Positions 39,898 through 52,122 of a stretch of 64,000 bases of DNA are shown here, piece after piece. The position numbers were made by a program, and so were the translations under genes. A model generated the notes under the pieces. That model made no database searches and had not been told where the DNA came from. It saw nothing but the letters and a program-made list of their open reading frames with translations. The first letter of the stretch is position 1; each line of letters starts with the position of its first letter. Location: the NCBI GenBank assembly GCA_050273025.1, contig CP158635.1, positions 27,466,001-27,530,000 of the forward strand, read 5' to 3'. Source of the DNA: Cenococcum geophilum. Lineage: Eukaryota.

Positions 39898-40514
39898 CTT
39901 CCGTAACAGGGGCCCTATTCAAACTCGAGCTAGGAGAGTCTAGCAAAGGGACTAATTGAACCGTCGTGAGAGCTAAAGAGCTCGCTACCATGGTTGACGA
40001 TGGCGCGGCTGCGACTGGGATCCAAGTAGATTACCTCAGCAAGGTCGTGGCTATATATAAACAATGGATACGGAGCAGCATTTCATGGCGCCTCGCCAAA
40101 CCAAGGTAGCCTCTCAGGAACAAGACTGGCATCGTAATTCCGAGGCGCTTCGCGTTGCTGCCCCTTGGCACCAACGTTATGGTTGTAGCCGAGCAGCTTT
40201 AGCCTCCAAATGCCTTCCGATCACCTTGATAGAGTGAGGGAAGATCAGCGAAATCATTAGAGTGAGATTAATTAGACTTGAAAACAAACGACGTTCTTTG
40301 GGTCCTGTCCTGGGATTCCAAGAAGTCCCCTGACTAAACGGACCCCGGCTGAAGGACTACAGGTATTTCATTTTTTTTCTCATGTTGCAAAGCCATAAAT
40401 ACGGTTGAAGACATCTCCTAAAAGTTCAAAACCTGTAAGATTGATCATAGTAAAGTTATGCCTAACAATCAAGGTAGATTGCGGATGACCATGTCTTCTG
40501 TACCGCCGCAGTAA

Positions 40515-40559
40515 TAGAACACAAGTTAGGCCTAGAACACGAGTTAAGCCTAGAACGCG
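40515..40559. repeat. 18-bp tandem repeat (~2.5 copies)
   Basis: tagaacacaagttaggcc tagaacacgagttaagcc tagaacgcg; copies differ by transitions. Confidence 0.75.
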
Positions 40560-41193
40560 TGGCAACAAGCAACTCCGACGCTGTGCTAATTAGAATAGTC
40601 AGGAACAAGGCTATATTTTGCGTGCGTAACGGTATTGCATGTGTTGAACAGGATAGTGGTGATGATTAGTGCGTTCGCGTAACCGCCGCTGGATGGTGTG
40701 TATCAGCGGATGGTGTCTTGATGACATCGTTTGGGTGGTGAGGACTGCAAGCTCGCTTATGATTCTGCACCATGACGAAATAATGGCGTTGCGTTTGGGC
40801 TTGACGCTTGGCAGGCTAGCTCGAGCGCGACTTCCAAACTTGAAACCACCGCAACCACGAAAAGTTGTTTGAACTTTGAACCTTCAATTGCTCATCATGC
40901 CCTCTACCTTTTGCTACCATCTATGCTGTAGCAACCACCTCTACATTGATTTTACGCATCTACCCTCTCTGCAGCCCTTCAGTCTAGCAGCCCCATAGCC
41001 CCGAATAACTAGCTCTATTATTGCCATATCTCCACTCAGCGGGACCTACCTGAGTTGTTGAGATTGACGCGCCCTGCTGCATTCTACCTTTACGATTCTA
41101 CGAACCCATGACCTAAACAGGTAGCTGCGACTCTCTGTTCACCTGGGACTTTATTTTCACTTTCGTGGCACGCTCTTTGGAGCATTTTGCAAA

Positions 41194-44100
41194 ATGTCGT
41201 CTGCAAAACCTACCCCGACGTCCTTGTCCATCAATGGCAACTCGACTGTAAAGCAGTCAAACATGTCATTGAAGAACTTCTTCGCTTCTTTGTCAACCGC
41301 TGCTGTCATTTTTGGCATTCAGTTTGTTGCATTTCTCATTCTTAGCGGCAACTGGCGTTTCCGAAGTAGCTCACGAACTAAAGATCTCGCCCAGAGCCGC
41401 TCCTGGAGCGTATTCCACAGGATTTAGTAAGTGGCTTGATGAATGATGAACTTTAATATACTGACTGCTGCAGTTACTACAAGACATCATACGTGTCTAA
41501 GCGCAAACAAGTCGAGGAGCCTAGCTCTGCTCATCAATCATTTAAGAATGTGTTTACCTTCAATGGCACGAAATTAATCCGCATTGCCGGAGTCGATGGC
41601 TACCTTTTCCTCCGATACCTTCAATTACTGCTTAAGATCTTTGTCCCCATGGCAATCGTAATCCTACCAATACTCCTACCTATAAATAGAGCGGGGAATG
41701 TTTCTGGTGTGTCAGGCATGGATTCGTTTGGTTGGGCGAATGTCGGAGTACCTAAAAAGGCCAACCGGTTATGGGCACATTTAATACTTGCCCTTGTCGT
41801 CATCGCTTGGTCCTGCTATCAGTTCTATAGGGAACTGAGAAAGTTCGTCCGCCTCCGACAGACAGTCCTCACACAGCCGGAACACCGAATCCGTGCTTCT
41901 GCTACAACAATTCTGGTTCAGAGTATTCCTCGGAAATGGCTTACGGTACCAGCTCTCGATGCACTGTATGACGTCTTTCCTGGAGGTCTCAGGGAAATTT
42001 GGATAAATCGAAATTACGATGATCTTCAGCAGAAGGTCGATCTGAGAACAAAAGTCGCGAGGCAGCTGGAGAACGCCGAGACGGACCTGATCATCAAATG
42101 CAACAGAAAGCATAAAGAGATACAGCAGAAATTGGATAAGAAAGCTGGGATCAAGAAATCGAAGAAGGAGAGGAAACATGACGACGCCATGCACGACCAG
42201 AATCTTGGGCAAACAACAGACGATCCCGGTTTAACTTCTGGGAATCCACATGAAATCGAGCATACTCTCCAAGAGATATTGAACGAACCTGAATCAGCAG
42301 CGGCCTCGAGATCAGCCTCGCCTGATTCTGACCACAAGCGATCAAAGATACCAATTCCACTTGTAGGACAGGGGCTTCAGGCAGTCGGCCATGGAATAGG
42401 AGCTGTTGGGCATGGTGTAGGAAAACTTGGGCAGAAGGTCGTTGGTGGTTTCAAGGGGGCATTTGGGAAAGACGAGAATGAGAACTCAGCTCCCATACCC
42501 GAACAATATCAGAACCATTTGACCGACAGGACAGATGATAGAGAACCGCAACAGCTGTCCGAAAAAGAATACGGGACCGTTCCGCAGGGATTCATTTCGT
42601 CTTCACGAATCGACTCTGAATTCGAGCATCGTGGACCCGGCACAGAGGACCATGCTCCTTTGCAAGTCTCTACACATGATCAAGAAAAATACGAGGACGG
42701 TAAAGCCACATCTCACCCGCTGTCCCCAGAACAATCGCCCGTGTCAGCTCCTATGAAGAAGGGTCATTTAAAAGCATTGAGGGGTGCTCGAATAAATCCT
42801 TTGAGGCGCAGGAGCGATTTCACAAGCCCACAACCATTCCAGGCAGAAGGAGAAGAATTTCCCTTGACGACAGCTGCTACCAATTCAGAACTAGTGTACG
42901 ATTACTCGACCGTATACAATGAAGAATCACCCGAGGACGATGAAAGCGCGGTGTGGAGGAGATACATCAAACCACCAGACCGTGATACTATGCGGCTACC
43001 TTTGTTCAGCAAATCATGGTGGCCGTCGATACCTTTGATCGGAAAAAAGGTTGATACTATTTATTATTGCCGCAAGGAGCTCGCACGTTTAAACTACGAA
43101 ATTCAAGAGGACCAATCTCACCCGGAACGATACCCCTTGATGAATTCTGCCTTTATTCAATTCAACCATCAGGTTGCAGCCCACATGGCTTGTCAGTCAC
43201 TTAGCCACCATATTCCAAGACAGATGGCCCCTCGAACGGTAGAGGTTAATCCCAACTATGTCCTCTGGGACAACCTCTCGATCAAATGGTGGGAACGATA
43301 TCTTCGCGCTGGCTCGGTTGCTTTAACGATTACAGCACTTGTCATCTGTTGGGGATTTCCAGTTTCATTCGCTGGACTAGTATCAAACCTCTCATATTTA
43401 ACGGGCTTAATACATTGGCTAGATTGGATAAACAAACTACCTCTTTGGGTTGTCAACTTTATCCAGGGCGTACTGCCTCCGTTGTTCATCGCACTCATGT
43501 TCTTACTTCTCCCGGTCATATTGAGATCCCTTGCTGGGTTTTCCGGAGTTACAACCGCGGGTGAAAGAGAGCTGAGAGTGCAGAACTTCTACTTTGCATT
43601 CGTTTTTGTTCAACTCTTTCTGGTTGTTTCTCTCTCTGCCGGCGTTACCAGAACCATACAGGCTGTGGTTGATAACCCACTTTCCATTGCTGGAACTCTT
43701 GCTAGGAATCTTCCAGGAGCATCAAATACTTTTTTCTCGTACCTGATTCTTCAACCCTTAAGTATCAGCTCCGGAACACTTCTGCAGCTTGGAAATGTAC
43801 TTATGCTACTTCTGAGCCGCTTTTTAGACACCACAGCTCGACAAAAGGTTTCACGAATATTAGGAAGCCCGCGAATATTCTGGGGTACTCTCATTCCTAT
43901 GTACACCAACTTCGGTGCAATAGGTGGGTTCTGGTATTTTTGAAAAACAGTGCTAGATTCTAACAATTGTTTTAGGCCTCATATACTCAATCATATCTCC
44001 CCTGATCCTCTTGTTCATGATCCTAACGTTTAGTCTTTTGTGGTTCACCTACCGCTACCAGATGATATATGTGTCATTGCCTACTGCCGAAACGAATGGA

Positions 44101-45135
44101 CTAATATTCCCCAAGGCGATAAATCAACTCTTCACTGGCTTGTATTTCATGGAATTGTGCTTGATCGGCCTTTTCTTCCTAGTAAGAGATGAACACAACA
44201 AGATTGCCACTCTACCGCAGGCTATCATCATGATTGTCGCCTTCGCCGGCACGGTAATGTTCCAAATATTAGTCAATAACGCTTTCGGTCCCCTTTACAC
44301 CTATCTTCCCATTACCTTCGAAGATGAGGCTGTTCGGCGGGACGAGGAGTTTCAAAGAGCACAAGCGAGTCGTTGGGGCCGGAAAGGGGGTGAGGAAGAA
44401 GATGAAGATAAAGACTGTTCTCAACACTCCCTAAATGAAGTTTTAGAGCAGCGGGAGGAACAGGAAGTTAGGGAAAGTAAAATCTTGGGGGAACAAGATC
44501 TGCAGGATCTGAAGAACAATCGCAAGTCCGGAGGGACTGAAATGAGGAACCCGGAAGCTCGGGGGGAGTCCGAAAATAGGCTGGGCGTACCCCAAGTCAG
44601 TGATGAAGAGCCACAAGCGGGGCGGTCTCGCAAGCTCCGAGCATCTTGGGCAGACAGATCGGGCGCTCGCTCACGCTCCCACTCACATGCGGATGCTGAG
44701 CTAACCTCAGACTCCCAGTCTCGGTCCCAGTCCCACGAGAAAAGACTCCACTCCAAAACGTTTACAACCTTGACCAGCAGAATCCGATCTGGCCTCGATA
44801 ACACCACTCGGCCCATCCGCGATATTGAGGCTCAAATTACTCCGGAGACTTATCTGTTCACCGATACTCAAGACGCACTGGAAGACATTGAGCCTGAAGC
44901 AAGACAAAAGATAATCAAACGTGCTTTCCAGCATCCTGCAACACGGGCCATTCAACCCACTGTATGGATTCCCCACGATGAGATTGGCCTTACTGCCGAT
45001 GAGATCCAGCGCACCAGTCGGTACACGAACAATATTTGGATCACGAGCAAGAACGCGAGATTAGATGCGAAGTGTCACGTCATGTTCAAAGGCCTGCCGC
45101 CGGATTGGGATCCTTTCGACAATATGGATATTTAG
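41194..45135 (+). CDS. CSC1/OSCA1 (RSN1/DUF221) calcium-permeable stress-gated channel
   Basis: GVDGYLFLRYL, ASATTILVQSIP, GKKVDTIYYCRKELARLN, YPLMNSAFIQFNHQVAAHMACQS, GLIFPKAINQLFTGLYFMELCLIGLFFL; introns ~41426-41473 and 43923-43975. Confidence 0.93.
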
Positions 45136-45824
45136 AAGTGGGCAATGTGGCTATTCTTAGTGTGCTTGGAATGAGAGCGGTTATACGGTACGGCACTTTA
45201 CTACTGAATTGCGATTGATGCGATGTGCAGCCTCGACTAGCAAGCCTTTATATATTGACATTCCTTAGAAGTGCTTTATTGCAGTTCTTTTTGCATACCG
45301 GGAGCGGATGTTGAAAATATAACAAACTTGGATGAGCACATTTTACCCTGTATTATTATTTGTAGGGAACCGTGGGGGGGCAAAGAATTAGGGTTGTTCT
45401 TAGATACCCTAGCGATCATATGGCGGATGAACGGCTCATGAAATTGTTCATAAACTCGTAATGAAACATAATTATACATGACTAGTCTCAATAGCTCTTT
45501 ATGTGTGGTCTAGAGCTAATTCCTAGTCGTAATATGAGTATGTACTGTATACATCTAGAATTATAGTTACAAAGTGCCCATGCTTCGGTGCCTTGCGCGA
45601 ACTCTAATTAACTAACACCTCTATGCGTCCTATTTCCCTACTAATATTATGCTTATCCATCGAGGCTGGACACGTATATGCCTCGTAGCGCGTGGTGGTT
45701 TTTGACTGGAGTCATGATGCGGCCCCGTCAGAGCTCCACCGGAATGTGCAAATCCTAAAGGTCTCAATAGGAAGAAGAAAAGTGTTCTAGGAGGATATAT
45801 CGTCCATCGAACACCTAAATCCAG

Positions 45825-47839
45825 CTACCTATCCTCCACTGGAACCATCTCGTGCTCACCGGCTACGTCCTGCGCCGCTGACTGTGCGCCTGTATTCTTA
45901 CCAGGAACCTCAATCCCAAACACCGAAATCAAGAGACCCACTGCACAAAGGATTACACAAGAATAGTATACCGCTCGGTATCCGATCTCGCCCACCTTTC
46001 CAGTTCCGTCGCCGTATCTTTCCGTAATCCCTTGCGCGACAGCAGTCAATATCGCCAAGCCAAGGACTGAGCCGCCTACTTGCACTGCGACATTGAACAC
46101 GGCAGCGGCAGCACCTTGGTCGGACTTGGAGGCGGCGGATACGATGACGAAGTTTGAGGTGAAATAGACGCAGCCAATGCCCAGAAGATAGAGTATCATT
46201 CCCGGAAAGGTGAAGGCAAAGTAAGAGGTGGAAGGTGTGATGAAGGAGAAAAGCAGCACGCCTGCAAGGGCTAGCAAGTGGCCCAAAATGAACTGGAAAA
46301 GAATTTAGTAACAACGATAGAGAGATTGTTAATATGTAGAACGCAAGGGTGGTACGCACCATATTGCGCGCTCCAATTTTGCCAAGAATTCTGCCAGACA
46401 CAGGGAAGAACAGAAGTGCGGTTACCCCCAGGGGAAGGAACAGGACGGACGTGTGTACGGGACTGGCTCCATACGACTGCAGCTGGAGCGTCAGGAAATA
46501 TGTGCATCCTTGGCGAATAGCGAATGAGATGGCAGCGAGGGCGAGGGTGAGATTGAAGGAGAGGGAGCGGAATAGGTGGGATGGCAGTAGAGAGACAGTT
46601 GCACGGCTTTCCTGGAATCCGAAGAGAACTAGTAGAACTACGGCTGGAATCAGCGTTCCGAGTATTCGCCCGCTACCCCATCCAAGTGAGTTGGCGGTAG
46701 AGAAGGCGTAGTTGAGTAGGATAATTCCAGGAAGGCCAAGCCCAATGCCTAACACATCGAAGCGGATCAAGCGGCTTAGAATGGAACGGGATAGTTTTTG
46801 TAGACCTGAAACTTCTGCAGTCCTCGATCCTTCGGCATTAGATTCTTCGGTATTGGTCTGGGTAACTGGCGCTTCACGTTTCGTATCTGTTGGGGGAAGG
46901 ACAAGCCAGGCGGAGGGAACTACGATTGCGGATATCATCAAGGAAATCCAGAAAATCCATCTCCATCCAACGAAATCTGTCAAAACGCCTCCGAGGATTA
47001 GGCCAACACTACCCGGATGCATATTAGCGCGGAGGCGATCTATGGCAAAAAATAAGATCAACTTACACAAAGCCCACAGAGCCGGAAGCTGCCCAGTAGC
47101 CTAGTGCGGTAGCTTTTGCTTTTGGCTCTGAAAAGAACAATGCTATATATGCTTGTGCGGATGGTACTGTAAAAGCTGCCCCAATGCCTGATATTGCGGC
47201 AGGAGTCAGTGATAGTACTTCTTTTAGGGCTTTAAGCACAAAAACATGCCTTGAAAAGCGCGGGCAATCACAAGGTCAATAAAGTTTTGTGTTAACGCGC
47301 TCACAAGCGTGAAGAGAGCAAAGAGTGACATTCCAAATAAGAGGACACTGCGATGCCTGAATACATATATTAGCCGAATTCGTTATATCAAAGACAGAGA
47401 AAAGCGTGACGTACCCAAATATGTCACCTCCTCGCCCTCCAAGCAGAAGAAAGGCGCCGAACTTAAGCAAAGTTAATAAGAACTAAGAAGTGGTGATACG
47501 GGATCATCTCACCGTTAAAGCATAAGCTGAAATAACCCATTGAAGGTCGCCAACATGAACGTTAAATTCTTTTTCAATCGTAGGTAGGGCAATTGTGATT
47601 GCGCTTAAGTTGGCGAGATCGAGAAACATCGCAGAGCAACTACATATCCAGTCAAAAATTGTTCCAATCGACCCCGAGATCTCGCGTAGGTACACTCACA
47701 CCACCACAAGTATAAAGTAAGGACTGCGCTCCCTAATTTTTTCTGGTCTTTCTTGCAGCCATTTTAAGACTGCCGCAGCAGACATGCTATGAGATGGTTC
47801 CCTGAGCATCAAGGAGCCGAGTCTTGAAAAGACTGGCAT
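45825..47839 (-). CDS. MFS drug:H+ antiporter (DHA2, 14-TM type), multi-exon
   Basis: MFLDLANLSAITIALP, LQWVISAYALTFGAFLLLGGRGGDIFGH, GAAFTVPSAQA, GWRWIFWIS, DQGAAAAVFNVAVQVGG; start codon tentative. Confidence 0.88.
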
Positions 47840-48365
47840 GGTGAGATGCTGGGACGTTTGCTCGAAATATAGGAAATTAAATGGAATTGAAATTAAAGAG
47901 TGGGCGAATACTAGAAAATTAATAACAAAGTAGGTGGACTCTTAGAGTTGGAATAATATACGACAGGGGGCGCACCTCGGAAACATTGAAGCGAGACCGA
48001 AGTGAGTCATGAACGGTAAGCAGTCAGACGTAACATTCTATTCCTGCTCTGACTGTGAGCTACTGCAGTCAAACCCAAAGATCATTCTCGCAGCGCTGCA
48101 GTACGTGATGACACGAATAAGACCCAAGTCATCATGGTTAGCTGCTCTGGGTTGTCACAACCAACGGGTCTACCGGTGAGTAAAATTTGACTCTCTTGTA
48201 TGAATTCCATTTTGAAACCAAGGTATTAGTCCAAAACGGTGGGTAAGATAATGAGTGCATGCTACTGTGTTTGGAATGGCTGCCGCTTTATCAGTCTCAA
48301 ATATTTCCTCGTCAGACCCCCGTCAAGAATCCCCCCCTCCCAGCCCTGCACGTAACACGAGCCCT

Positions 48366-48965
48366 TTAAGTGGTAATGAAGACACCCACCCCAACCCCTA
48401 CACGAGCTACCGCAGCTATAAACCCGCGTTTCGTTATGATTAGCCGTCGATGTGGGATCATCAGCATTGCCTTCTCTTCAGGGCTATACATATCGTCAAC
48501 GTGACTATCTGGTCTGACAGTAACACGAACATCATTCCCTTCGAAATCTCCATTCCAGCCGCCGCCTGCCTCACCCATGAGCATGCTCATGAACTGCTCA
48601 TGGGCTTCTTCGGCTGAATGCATATTACCGTCGCGATGATCCAGGCTGCGGGCTATTGCACGCCAGTTCTCCAAAGACGTTCGCCGGCGCGGCTCAGGGC
48701 CGACACGTTTGACGGTATCAGCGCAGATGCCAGCACAGGCGAGTGTCTTGTCGTCGAAGAAAAGACCTGTTGCTGCTCGAGTCCTATGGGCGGCACGGTA
48801 TAACGGCTTGTCTAGATCATTAATGGAATCTACAGGGCGAGGCGGAGGCACTCTCTGTCGACCACAAAGTTGGCCTGTGATCTTGGTCCAAGACCTTGAC
48901 GATGGAGATGTCGCTGAAGATGCGGTAGGGAGGGAAGAAGTTTCCGGGTCCGTCAAATTGATCAT
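48366..48965 (-). CDS. Hypothetical protein
   Basis: 199-aa ATG-initiated ORF with coding-like composition; no recognisable motif. Confidence 0.55.
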   Translation of the reverse strand: MINLTDPETSSLPTASSATSPSSRSWTKITGQLCGRQRVPPPRPVDSINDLDKPLYRAAHRTRAATGLFFDDKTLACAGICADTVKRVGPEPRRRTSLENWRAIARSLDHRDGNMHSAEEAHEQFMSMLMGEAGGGWNGDFEGNDVRVTVRPDSHVDDMYSPEEKAMLMIPHRRLIITKRGFIAAVARVGVGVGVFITT

Positions 48966-49453
48966 GGACGACAGAGTCGGATGCTATAGATGCGGATTAG
49001 TCGCTATCGAGCATCGGAGGGATCAAACGTCATCCAATGCAAGGCCTGGGGTTGATTCAAACGAACTTGAAGCTACCATGTCATGTGTGCATGCGAGGAT
49101 ATTCTTGTCCTGCTCTTCAAGCTTTTAATTGCCGAGAAGGTCAAAAGACACGGGCTAGACCGAAATAGATCGGTGGTAGCTCTTCAGAAGATCTAGAATG
49201 GTATCGAGGCATTGTAGAGTGTTTTAGGAAATAGCTATCAGCTGGGCCTGTGTCGATGAGATGTGGTGGATGTTGTAGATGTTGTAGATGTGGAAGGCAT
49301 GATAGACGACATGATAAATACAGAGAAGTAGAGTAGAATACGAGGAACGGATGAGTATATAGAGACTAGGAATTGATGGCTCCCTAGTAGGCCACAGCTT
49401 AGATGTCTGCTCGGATCATCTATTTGTGTTGCCAGTGGGAGTACCCCCAATTA

Positions 49454-49484
49454 CCTATTTGCCTATTTGCCTATTTGCCTATTA
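49454..49484. repeat. 8-bp tandem repeat (CCTATTTG, ~4 copies)
   Basis: cctatttg cctatttg cctatttg cctatt read directly. Confidence 0.85.
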
Positions 49485-49904
49485 TATTTTTTTACACCTA
49501 TTTGTCCATTTACCTAGATAGTTATAAGTAATTATGAGCTAGAGGCGGAAAGGTCGGCTGTTTGGGTAATGCCGATGGGATGAAAGCTCTCCAGCTTCCC
49601 CCGTCCGTCTCACAAAACCTTCATCTCTCCAAATAAACTCCCAATTCTTCACCAATAGCACCCTCCAACAGCGTACACTCTAGCCATATCCTCCACCGAC
49701 CTTCCAGCCCTGAATCCTTCGCGTATTGGCCAATGGCCGTCATCTTCACACGCGTCGTCCGCTTCAGGCCACCGCTGTGGTTTCAGCCAACATCCAGGCT
49801 ACAATAATGCCCGCCTACTATAAACGGCCTCTGCCACGCCAACATCACTCATGTTTTCATTCTAGCAATTCTCATTAACTGGCTAATCAGCAGAATCAAC
49901 GAAA

Positions 49905-50822
49905 ATGTCCTTGTCGCCTATCGAAGCTCTCCCTGTCGAAATCCTCCAGGATATCTTCGTCAGATCGCTCAACCTCGACCTCCCTCTCTCGTCCCCCCAT
50001 GTCGGTACGAAACTGTCTAGCACCCACTGCTACCTCGCCGCTTGCTTCGAATACCTCTATACTCCTATTGGCGACCGCATTCGCCAAAGCCGTCTCCAAA
50101 GCCGCATATTTGCTAGCAGGTGGATGACATGGCAGTTCTTTCAGATCTTTGCCACCAAGGCCTACGAAGCTGCTGGCTGCGTCTGCGGGCAGCATGAATG
50201 CGAGAAAGCAATTTGGCCGCCCGATTTTGCAAACCCTAAAAGCATGCAATTTAGCATCGGCCATCTCACGCGGTTGAGCTACATCAAATGTCGAATACCT
50301 GCGAAGCTGCTTCATGGCCCGTGGACCGAGGAGAAAGTGCAATTCCTCCGGTATTTGGTCTGCACAACCTCAATGACGGTGGACTGGGCAGACCGTGAGG
50401 TGCGCAAGATTGCTTTACAGGGTAAGAAGGAGGCTATACTCGAGCGCAACTATGAAGCTGTTGAGCTCTTCAATCATAATCGACGGCTCGGGAAGGCCCC
50501 GACGATTGAGCTGGTTCGATTCGCCGTGTTGGACGGCGGGTGCGATAGAAGCATTGTATACGACATCATGGCCAGCGCGAGGTCTTGGGGTTATCGCGAT
50601 TGGGATGATGAAGCATTAGACAAGTGGGTAGAGCAGGCAATTGCGCATCATAACCCGAAAGGGAAATGGCTGAAATTGAAATTGAGCGAATTGAGAAGAC
50701 ATGGCGGCTTTCTAGGTCCGCATACAGGGGACTATAGCATCGACGGTGATGAGCTGGTTGTAAAACACTACAAAGCATGTCGAGTGGGTGAAATAAGACC
50801 CCGTTTTAGTGTTAGAAATTGA
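49905..50822 (+). CDS. Conserved fungal protein with F-box-like N-terminal motif
   Basis: LSPIEALPVEILQDIF..LNLDLP..SP, IPAKLLHGPWTEEKVQFL; may have an upstream exon (CTAAT..CAG acceptor at ~49884-49893). Confidence 0.7.
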   Translation: MSLSPIEALPVEILQDIFVRSLNLDLPLSSPHVGTKLSSTHCYLAACFEYLYTPIGDRIRQSRLQSRIFASRWMTWQFFQIFATKAYEAAGCVCGQHECEKAIWPPDFANPKSMQFSIGHLTRLSYIKCRIPAKLLHGPWTEEKVQFLRYLVCTTSMTVDWADREVRKIALQGKKEAILERNYEAVELFNHNRRLGKAPTIELVRFAVLDGGCDRSIVYDIMASARSWGYRDWDDEALDKWVEQAIAHHNPKGKWLKLKLSELRRHGGFLGPHTGDYSIDGDELVVKHYKACRVGEIRPRFSVRN

Positions 50823-50982
50823 TTATATTGCCAATTCCCTGAAGGACAATTGCTGTTGATTGCATTGTTTCCAGTACTTAACATCAACTACCCTGGGATC
50901 TTTGAACAAAGGGATTCTTTCCATGCCTAGCTGCGTCTACTATTCAGAAAACTCACCTGCGCGTCTTCGAAAGTGGCATCCC

Positions 50983-52122
50983 CTACTCTTTATTTGGCGC
51001 TAGCACGACATCCTCACCCCATCCTGCATGCTCTTCTGCCACATCCAAAGCTTGCTCCACATCATCCAGCCCATACGGACCCAATACCTGCATCCCACTC
51101 TCTTCCCCCACCTTCAAATTTCCAAACTCGACCATCTTGATGAAACGCTCGGTCTGTTCCCGCTCATACATGAACTTCCCCTTGATGGTTATACTCTTGA
51201 ACATAGTCAGCCCATATGGTATCTCGACATTACCCGTGATACCTCCCATAATCACCGCCGTTCCATTCCGCTTCAACGCCAGGAGGCAGGACGTGATATG
51301 AGATGGCGTACCATTCGCCCCGGCCGCAGGAGGGCTGAAATCGATGTAGGTCTGCGCGCCTTTGCCGCCGGTAGCCGCCAGCAAAGCTCCCGCGTCCTTC
51401 TGAACATCGCTAACAAGCTGCACGGTGGTGAGTCTCTCCGCTCCGGGAAATTGCCTCAGTTTCTCCAATCCGTTCGCGTTCCTCCCCGCAGCTATGACCT
51501 TCGCCCCCATCGCCAGCGCAACGAGCACCGCTGCCCCGCTGAACTTGCCCGTGGCCGGCGCCACTATGACGGTCGTGCCGGCACCAACGCCCGCCTCCTC
51601 GAGTCCGCCGAAGGGAACGAGGCCGGTGGAGATTGCGAGCAGCTCTGATACCTTGTAACCTAGACCGTCCGGCTTGGCTCCGCACAGCCTCTCCTCGTCG
51701 AGCGGGAAACAGTTCTCCAGTGGTAGTTTCGCCACTTCCGCATACGTTCCATGTCTCCATGGCCCATCCATCAGCCTCTGGCTCCCCTCGCTCAACCCCC
51801 CGTGAAGGCCTAGCAAAAAGTTGCAGTCTGCGTCATCGCGGGCGGTAATGGTCGGGTCGCAGAAGACCAGCTGGCCCGGTTTCAAGGCGGTTGCATCAGG
51901 GCCGGTGGAGACGATCCGGCCGATGCACGAAGGGCCAGGGACTAGTGGGAGAGAGAGAACGTAGGGGCGCGTGCCGTTGAAGATCTCGCGGGTGTAGGAC
52001 TGAAGTCCGGTGGCTAGGACGCGGACGATGGCTGAACCTAATTCAGCGGCCGGAGTTGGGACCGATTCTATAGAGACGGGCTTGTCTAAGGCTGAAAGAA
52101 CTACCGCCTTGTGGGTTGCCAT
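50983..52122 (-). CDS. Medium-chain (MDR, GroES-like) alcohol dehydrogenase family protein, intronless
   Basis: 379 aa; PLVPGPSCIGRIVSTGPDATALKPGQLVFCDP, VIVAPATGKFSGAAV..ALAMGAKVIAAGRN, ITIKGKFMYER. Confidence 0.9.
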   Translation of the reverse strand: MATHKAVVLSALDKPVSIESVPTPAAELGSAIVRVLATGLQSYTREIFNGTRPYVLSLPLVPGPSCIGRIVSTGPDATALKPGQLVFCDPTITARDDADCNFLLGLHGGLSEGSQRLMDGPWRHGTYAEVAKLPLENCFPLDEERLCGAKPDGLGYKVSELLAISTGLVPFGGLEEAGVGAGTTVIVAPATGKFSGAAVLVALAMGAKVIAAGRNANGLEKLRQFPGAERLTTVQLVSDVQKDAGALLAATGGKGAQTYIDFSPPAAGANGTPSHITSCLLALKRNGTAVIMGGITGNVEIPYGLTMFKSITIKGKFMYEREQTERFIKMVEFGNLKVGEESGMQVLGPYGLDDVEQALDVAEEHAGWGEDVVLAPNKE

